Origin: Ginkgo biloba
Lineage: Eukaryota > Plantae > Ginkgophyta
NCBI GenBank assembly: GCA_024626585.2
Contig: JANKJI020000002.1
Coordinates: forward strand, 136,864,749 to 136,906,231
Direction of reading: 5' to 3'
DNA length: 41,483 nt
The notes beneath the pieces were generated by a model, which did no database searches, was not told where the DNA came from, and saw nothing but the letters and a program-made list of their open reading frames with translations. The position numbers and the translations under genes were made by a program. Within the stretch, counting starts at the first letter, position 1. Each line of letters opens with the position of its first letter. This document shows, one piece after another, positions 33,742 to 41,483 of this stretch.

Positions 33742-35536
33742 ATGTCGCGTGGTAAGCTGCAGACGAAGATGTCACGAACATGGGGCTCGGAGTCCATGAC
33801 GGCGGAGGCCAAGAGGTGCAAAGTTGTGGAGGTTGAGGAAGACATTCCAAAGAGGCTCAAGGTTGTAACTAGGAATCGCAGGAAAACGAATTTGCCGATG
33901 AAAAGATCACAAACATCGGAATCGGAGTTGATGAAGGCAGAGACCAAGGTTGGGGAAAACATACCAAAGAGGGTTATAATTAGGAATCGCAGGAAAACGA
34001 ATCTGCGGATGCAGAGATCACAAACATCGGAATCGGGGTCGATGAAGGCAGGGGCCAACGTTAGGGAAGACATACCAAAGAGGATTATAATTAGGAATCG
34101 CGGGAAAACGAATCTGCGGATGCAGAGATCACAAACATCGGAATCGGAGTCGATGAAGGCGGAGGCCAACGTTGGGGAAGACATGCCAAAGAGGGTTATA
34201 ATTAGGAATCGCGGGAAAATGAATCTGCGGATGCAGAGATCACAAACATCGGAATTGGAGTCGATGAAGGCAGAGGCCAAGGTTGAGGAGGACGTGGGCA
34301 AGAGGCTCAAGATTATAATTAAGTCTCGCATAAGTTTGAATGTTCTGGACAGGCCTTTCAGAAGGTTTGAAGATGAATATGAATTGGAAGACGAATTAGG
34401 AAAGTCACACTTCGGTTATGTCAACAGGTGCCGGAGGAAGAGGGGAAACAGGTCCGGAGAGCTTGTGGCGTGTAAATCGTTTATAAAGGAGTACATACAC
34501 ATGAAAAGTCAAGGCAGAAGAGAATACGTTAATGATCTCAAACAGGAGATTAAAATCATGGAAATTCTGTCTAACCATCCCAATGTGATATCCATCTTGG
34601 ATGTGTTGGAGGATGAACAGACGGTGAATATTGTTATGGAGCTGTGCTCCGGCGGAGATCTTCGTAAACGTCTCCGTGATGTTGGGCCATTCTGTGAGCA
34701 AGATGCCGCTATCATATTCAAGCAGCTCATCGAAGCAATCAAGTATTGCCACGACAATGGCATAGTGCACAGAGATGTGAAGCCGGGCAACATTCTCCTC
34801 TGCATGGACGCCGACTCAGTCGGTAATTCAAAGTCAGATTCTTTTCAAATTAAGTTGGCCGACTTTGGCCTGTCCACCTATTGCAAACCAGGTTAATTAT
34901 TACATGGGCCCTCGATTATAATTATAATAATTTTTCACGTCAACAACAACGATTTCTTATGAGTAGATCAATTCTTATAATGGTTTATATATATATATTT
35001 GTTTGTTTGAGTGAACAGGTAAGTATTTGCAGGGTAAAGCGGGCACCGATGCGTACATGGCCCCTGAGGTTTGGGACGGGCGCAAATACAACCAAACAGC
35101 AGATGTGTGGAGTGCGGGAGCCGTTCTCTACGCTCTTCTCAGTGGACAGATACACTCGTCATCTTTCTGGAGCGACACTGAATCCGAAGTTATCCCATTT
35201 CCATCGGATAAATTGAGTTCTGTGTCCGACTCTGCCATAGATCTCATACGCTGGATGCTTCGCACTGACTGCAACCACAGACCTACCACGGACCAAATAT
35301 TAGGTTGTATTAATGAAATCTTTATTGAATATGGATCTTATTATGAGCCATATGTTCTAATTATTAATTTTGTTGCTAACAAATATGAAATCATGGGTTA
35401 AACTGGCCCTGGAATTGCAGACCATCCTTGGATTACCGGCGGACAAGAGATTGACAACGTCCTTAGTTTTGTTGGTTCAGTGCAGCAACATGCTGAAGAG
35501 ACGACCGACGGCAAGGATTCTTCTGCAATATATTAA
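33742..35536 (+). CDS. PEPKR-like (CDPK/SnRK superfamily, CAMK group) Ser/Thr kinase with N-terminal 37-aa tandem repeats; join(33742..34891,35019..35303,35421..35536), 516 aa
   Basis: Spliced frame is continuous (1551 nt): LGKSHFGYV, VACK, QEIKIM, HPNV, VMELCSGGDL, HRDVKPGN, IKLADFGLSTYCKPG|KYLQGKAGTDAYMAPE, YNQTADVWSAGAVLYALLSG, DLIRWML...RPTTDQIL|DHPWI. IKLADFGLxTYxKPG and YNQxADVWSAG match plant PEPKRs. No EF hands. Both introns are GT-AG, phase 1. CpGs are retained. Confidence 0.9.
33748..34323 (+). repeat. Coding minisatellite, 111-bp period: units 33787-33921 (135 bp), 33922-34032, 34033-34143, 34144-34254, partial 34255-34323, plus a degenerate leading partial unit
   Basis: agatcacaaacatcggaa recurs at 33904, 34015, 34126 and 34237. 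Consensus SESMKAEANVGEDIPKRVIIRNRGKTNLRMQRSQTSE. Confidence 0.97.
34892..35018 (+). other. Kinase intron 1 (127 nt, phase 1)
   Basis: CCAG|GTTAAT ... AACAG|G; splicing restores the activation segment. Confidence 0.85.
35304..35420 (+). other. Kinase intron 2 (117 nt, phase 1)
   Basis: TTAG|GTTGTA ... TTGCAG|AC; splicing restores the conserved L-x-HPW motif. Confidence 0.85.
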
Positions 35537-36107
35537 TTATTAAATGCAAATGATTTGCATTGACTCTGAGATATTGATGAATTTATTTTAAATGTTTAAA
35601 TACTTCATGTTAATTGAAAGCTAGTTGCTTTGCATAAAACTATCAAATTATTTGAAATCCTATTTGATTGATTGTGTCGCCAAACTGTCACCTTCCAATT
35701 ATTTTTGTAATGTTACTGCTATTGGCATCCATTTTCTCTACAATTACCAGACATCATGATTACATCATTGTTGATTTCTTTCCAATCTATAATAGATTTT
35801 ATCATCAATTGTGCAAGTGTACGTAATGATTTTACGATCTATCTGATTAACAACTGGTACGTAAGGCCATGATTTCATTTGTTATATGCAACAATCGGAG
35901 ACGAAAGAGAGTAGCTAATGGTCTTTGTGTCTTGTTTAATCCCTGGAGAAACTATAATAAGAGCCATTTCGCATTAGCTAATAAATAGAACTAATATAAT
36001 TTTTGCACTCACATAATTTTTGCAGATTAAATTAATGCAAAGCTTTCTAAATTTTTTTAAAGTAGATCCATAGGTACTTTAAGAAATGGGAAAACATAGC
36101 TGAATTA

Positions 36108-36463
36108 GGGCTACTTCTTACTCATTGTTAATCAAAATTAAAACAAATTTTATAGATTAAATTAAGGCAATATTTTATTATTTTTTTTAAAGTAGATCAA
36201 CGTGTATTTTAAGAAATCACAAAATACCATTGAATTGAGGAGAATTTGACTTATTTTTAACATAACTCTTTAATAGAATACTGTTTGAAAGATTAAAATT
36301 TATTATTTCAACTTATTCCAATATATCTAGTAGTGAGAAGTGCACTGAGACTAATGTTATTTCTATTTAGTCTTAACAAAAATGTTTAATAGAATTTCTA
36401 TGCAAAACCATCAAAATTGCTATTTCATCTTACTATAATTTATCAAGCAATGAGAAGTAGCCC
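36108..36463. mobile_element. MITE-like element (356 bp), probably PIF/Harbinger (Tourist)
   Basis: Left end GGGCTACTTCT(tac t)CATTG and right end CAATGAGAAGTAGCCC are inverted repeats. Flanked by TTA and TAA; AT-rich, non-coding interior. Confidence 0.65.
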
Positions 36464-36859
36464 TAAGTCATGTGTTTAAGGTTTCACGACAAAATTTTCC
36501 AAGCAAAACTCATTAACTAACTTCACCACAACTATAGAAATACACTATGGGAAAATTCATTCAGTTGCAACTATAAAGGAATATAAAATCTATTATAGAA
36601 ATGTCCAAGCTAAGATCTTAGCCATGTCATATACTAATTATTTAACTTACTCAAAAATAATATACACACCTAAACCAAATATGATCCTTATCATATGCCC
36701 ATGACACTAATGAGAAAACGTCATATATTCTCTTCCTTATAAAATATGACTAACTCAAATTGAATCCTTTTAACCATTGATCACATAACATGTACTCACC
36801 TTAAATTCTATTACAAGTGTATAAAATAGATAGTAAAATTTGAATAACTCTTTACTCTA

Positions 36860-37170
36860 GTCTCCTATCTTGTCTCATTTCCACCCCATCTTATATCTTC
36901 AATCTTTGTCCCCTATTTCTATCTCATCTTTGGTCTTGTTCTTTGTCTCTCATCTCCCATCTCATTCTTGTCCTATCTTCCATCACATCCTTAGCTCTTA
37001 TTTATGTTCCTATGCCATCTCACTCATATATCTAGCCTTTATTTTTGTATCCTGACTCATTCCTGTGCTCCTGCCTCTATTCCCATCTCCCTTTTGTTCC
37101 TTGTTCCTATCTAGCCTTTGTTCTTTATTTTTGCCATGTCACCTTTGTACCCTATGTTGTCTTCTTTGTT
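36860..37170. repeat. Pyrimidine-rich degenerate low-complexity tract
   Basis: Strong T/C strand bias with recurring tcttgtc/cctatc/catc words. Confidence 0.55.
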
Positions 37171-38491
37171 CACTGCTCCCATCACTATAAAGTTCAATCG
37201 GGGAAGAAAAATATTCAGAAGNNNNNNNNNNNNNNNNNNNNNNNNNNNNNNNNNNNNNNNNNNNNNNNNNNNNNNNNNNNNNNNNNNNNNNNNNNNNNNN
37301 NNNNNNNNNNNNNNNNNNNNNNNNNNNNNNNNNNNNNNNNNNNNNNNNNNNNNNNNNNNNNNNNNNNNNNNNNNNNNNNNNNNNNNNNNNNNNNNNNNNN
37401 NNNNNNNNNNNNNNNNNNNNNNNNNNNNNNNNNNNNNNNNNNNNNNNNNNNNNNNNNNNNNNNNNNNNNNNNNNNNNNNNNNNNNNNNNNNNNNNNNNNN
37501 NNNNNNNNNNNNNNNNNNNNNNNNNNNNNNNNNNNNNNNNNNNNNNNNNNNNNNNNNNNNNNNNNNNNNNNNNNNNNNNNNNNNNNNNNNNNNNNNNNNN
37601 NNNNNNNNNNNNNNNNNNNNNNNNNNNNNNNNNNNNNNNNNNNNNNNNNNNNNNNNNNNNNNNNNNNNNNNNNNNNNNNNNNNNNNNNNNNNNNNNNNNN
37701 NNNNNNNNNNNNNNNNNNNNNNNNNNNNNNNNNNNNNNNNNNNNNNNNNNNNNNNNNNNNNNNNNNNNNNNNNNNTATATGTGCTATAAGACCTCGAGCC
37801 TACTGGTAGCACTCAAAGATCGAATCATAATCAGAAATAAGTCATTCATTTGTAATCTATCCAATATCTGGCATAGCTATAGCTACTCTGTCAGTATACT
37901 TAATGGCATGGTCTCTATGGAACCCTGGGCAGCAGTACCAATTTGACTCCAACAATGGTCTCTCTCGTGTTACGCAATGCCAAAGTGTCATCTAGTATCC
38001 ATGAAGAAACTAGAGATGAGGATTCACTGTGCTCCTCCAGGAGGTTATCTGAAACCTGTCATAGATGTTGTGGTATTCCTGTTGTGTTTCCCTTGGTCTA
38101 TGCCAAGGCAATGGCTGACTGGTGGAACAGGAGGCTGGGCAACATCTGAGTTTAGTACTTGTGTAGCTCCTTTGGTTGAACTGGGCACTCTGCCTTTTTG
38201 ATTTTCTTCCTTCTTAACCCACTTTTATGCTGTTTTTTCTCAAGTTTCTTTCTGTTGATTGTGTTGGTCTGGCAATGATCCAACTTTGGATTTCTCTTTC
38301 GTATTTTATACATGGCTTCTAGTTCCAATTTGTATGGTTTTTTGAATTTTCTGATTGTGAAGATGTTCCTCGCCAATTTTTCTTTGTATTATTATATCTG
38401 TCTCCTTGAAGAGAAAAACGTTTATCTTCCCTTTTTATGTTTGCATGAGGGTCAGTTCATATATTTTTCATAAATCATGTGAATTTTTTAT

Positions 38492-39100
38492 AGATCTAAT
38501 TATTAGTAAATATTCTTATGAGAATAATGCCTTCATATATAATATGCAAGGATTTTTTATTAGATGTAACCTTATTTAGAGGATATTGAATGAGTTATAT
38601 ACTTGTGAATTAAATGATTGCATTGAATGAATATTTCATCCTATGAATAGTTTTTTAATTGAATTTAATCAACTTATAATATATATTTTTTATAAAAAAT
38701 CCTATTCAATATTAATGTGCTTAGTTTTGCATGCTTGGTTATTGGTCATTTGTAATTGGTTTTATTTTATGTTGTTAGTATGTAAAATTTTATTTAGGTT
38801 GATTTACTTAAATCTTCCTACTCATTTTGAGTTCTTGGTTGTATGATTTTAAATGCATTAAAATCTTACTTTAGCTAATCATACTAAATAATTATATTTT
38901 AAAAATTCTTATTATAATTTTTTGTGCTAATGAATGTTTCCATTTCTTTTTTCCTTCAAGTGGTAGTGCTTATTTTGAATGTTTACTTATGTGAAAATGA
39001 ATGTTTTAAATTATATTTTAGATGATCATATCATATACAGCTAGTAACCCTTCCAAAGAATAACCAACAAATATTAAATGCTTGTTATTATTAGATTTTT
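38492..39100 (+). repeat. Duplicated block part a, copy 2
   Basis: Aligns to 23402-24010. Confidence 0.9.
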
Positions 39101-39321
39101 GTTAATTTTTTAGGCTCCATATTGCTGATGAAAATAATTTAATTTAGTTAAAATAAGAAATAGATGCCCAACAAAATAAACATAAACTCACTTGCAATAT
39201 TCCCACTTCATTTTCAAACAAAATTTACAAATTAGATGAAGATAAATCAAGGAGGAAAATGATTATAAGCATGGAAAATTCAACCAATTCATCATTAGAT
39301 GTCTTCTTAGATTTGATTAAA

Positions 39322-40865
39322 AATCATGAATTTTCATATTTTAGATCAATATGGAAGGTGTGGACTACATATTAAAATTCTATCATTTGGAAAGTGGAGA
39401 GTTTTAAGATTTGGAAATCATTGTTTATTTTATCGAAATGGTCTTTTTCTTGTAAAGATTCAAGCGTAGTCCTTATACAACCATATATGGTATACATTAA
39501 TATAGAAGAGGAATGGTATTTAACTTGTTTATCTTTAACATCTTCTTTCAATTATTCAATCACTTAGTTGGCCTTTCATGCTAAACTAATCTAGAGATAC
39601 CATAGAGCCCCATTCAATATAGCCTTGGAAGCTTATAGCATAAATGTTGTCTTTTGGCTTAACATCTTAAGAATGTTTATTAAGATGATGTTCGTAGTGA
39701 TATGGAAGTTTTAGCAAACCAGTCATTTATATATATATATTTATCATTTGGAGTGATACACAATTACTTGTGTGGAAGTTAAGTATGGTGTAATAATATG
39801 TTTTCTAGTGCTAGGTTCACAAGTTTGGTTAACATAATAATTTCACTATTAGTAAGAGGATAATTTTAATCTTATCTTCACATTACAATTCATATTTACT
39901 TTTCTATTATATTGAATTATTATTAAAAGTAATGGACTTAGTTGAACAATAAGTACATTTGTAAGAGAATTTATTTTCCTTCCTACTATAATATCTATAT
40001 TACAAACTAATACATTAGAAGCTAATATTTCTCTATGGTCATGCTTTCCTTTATATGTAAGTGAATGTTTTCTATGTGTTTTTACTCAACATACTACTAA
40101 GGCTCATTTTAAATGCATGATTGTGTGATATTGAATGCTTTATATATTTTCTTATGAAGAAGAATATCTAGTGAATCTCTTCTCAAGCTATCCATGATGA
40201 TGCCTATTTAGAGTACTATATAGGCCCTTATATTCTTTAATTGCTTCTAATTTCTATATTAGAATATCTATGTACTAGGGGATTATATTATTTAGACATT
40301 AGTTTTCACATCACTTGGCATATTATTAGAGTGGAAATGCTATGGATGATTTAAAGACATATAAATAACATTCTTTTCAATAATAATATTGTTTCTTTTG
40401 ATGTCTTCAACATTGCTTCACTGTCTTTTATTTTACTATTGATTATTAGATACAATCTTGACTCGAGTTCCATGGTAAAATAAGGTAAATGAATTCAACA
40501 CATTTTACACTACATGATCCTTAGAACTTTTATCCTAATAGAAGAAACATTAATATTATTCAAGAAGGAGGTAGTGATGAGATGATCTATCCATAGGGTC
40601 TATAGGCCATGATAGATAGGAGGTAGAATTGACAGCATACTAGACATTTTGGACACACTAAATGACTTGTATTAAAGGAGGTGGCTTCATCATGCCTTAA
40701 GAAAATATCTAAGGTTGATCTAATTTAATTTTTCATAATTTATTGGGACCCACCACTAGTACATTCAGTTATCATAGAGATAAAAAAAATGATGAAATTA
40801 TGTTATAAACTATCTATCACTATTATCATCATAACAAGTCTATCCTTAGTGTTGTCGCTTTATAA
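39322..40865 (+). repeat. Duplicated block part b, copy 2
   Basis: Aligns to 25170-26691. Confidence 0.92.
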
Positions 40866-41245
40866 TAGTAATTCATCACTTAGAGATAGGACACTATGGT
40901 TTAGCAACATAAGATAATTCTATCTCAAAATAAAAGAAAATATGAGGAACATTTTCTAATAAAATAAAATGCAAAATGTAACATGTGGAGGATTATATTT
41001 ACATACATGTTTTTACTTTTAATGATTCTTCTTATCAATCAAAACATGACACATGGTGAGCTAATTTACTTTCATCACTAAGAGATAGAAAATGAATTTA
41101 ATTACTAAAAAAAAAGAATAATGGGGTCCACAATGGGAGGGAAACATGATTTCCTTTTAATAATGAATGGTATGATAAAGTGTTTGAAGTGTGAACCCTC
41201 CATCATACCTAGTTAAATAATTACTATACATATTTTTTTTAAATT

Positions 41246-41263
41246 ATACACACACATACACAT

Positions 41264-41296
<33 letters not shown>

Positions 41297-41350
41297 TGCA
41301 TACATATGTATACATATATACATACATACTTATATATCTATATTATATAT
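41246..41350. repeat. Compound (CA)n/(TA)n microsatellite
   Basis: Directly visible. Confidence 0.9.
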
Positions 41351-41483
41351 CTAAAATAATTATAACGTACATCCATCCATCCGTAAATTATATTTAATAA
41401 AACTTTGAATTCCATCACTAAAGTAGGGTAGAAACTTGACTTCATGATGGTGGACTAACATGGGTCCATCATCATCATCATGG

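Noticed and set aside
33787-34323. Repeat array as a CRISPR-like locus
   Set aside because: The units are contiguous in-frame tandem copies with no unique spacers, the context is eukaryotic, and there are no cas genes.
33612-34331. 239-aa antisense ORF with repeated DVCDLCIRRF (CxxC) and hydrophobic stretches
   Set aside because: It is the codon-aligned shadow of the 111-bp coding repeat; one stop-free unit repeated gives a long ORF. There is no independent evidence, and stranded RNA-seq would be needed.
34405-35216. ORFs 34405..34770, 34509..34805 (minus) and 34881..35216 (plus)
   Set aside because: Antisense or alternative-frame shadows of the kinase exons.
35304-35401. C-terminus GCINEIFIEYGSYY... 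of ORF 35027..35401
   Set aside because: Intron read-through; splicing restores the conserved HPW motif.
39471-39650. Minus frame ...ILNGALWYL*ISLA*KAN*VIE*LKEDVKDKQVKYHSSSILMYTIYG as another accessory-ORF member
   Set aside because: Five stops in 60 codons and only vague motif similarity; not supportable without a profile search.

Overview
AT-rich, CpG-depleted plant nuclear scaffold with many N gaps, mostly about 100 bp placeholders, so adjacency across gaps is uncertain. A gymnosperm origin is inferred from the retroelement architecture. One intact-looking gene is present: a 3-exon, 516-aa CAMK-group Ser/Thr kinase (33742-35536, +). It resembles the PEPC-kinase-related (PEPKR) branch of the CDPK/SnRK superfamily, lacks EF hands, and carries an unusual N-terminal array of 111-bp/37-aa tandem repeats. 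It sits behind a tandemly duplicated promoter module. A decayed paralogous kinase exon lies 32 kb upstream (2621-2906), next to a probable F-box pseudogene. Much of 3.6-32 kb is nested, decayed LTR retrotransposons: Ty3/gypsy Tat- and Athila-like pieces, one Ty1/copia fragment and several copies of uncharacterised accessory ORFs. A ~2.1-kb block of unknown identity occurs twice (within 23.4-26.7 kb and 38.5-40.9 kb), and a MITE lies just 3' of the kinase. The repeat-kinase locus is the best candidate for something novel. All family assignments are from manual motif recognition, not database searches.
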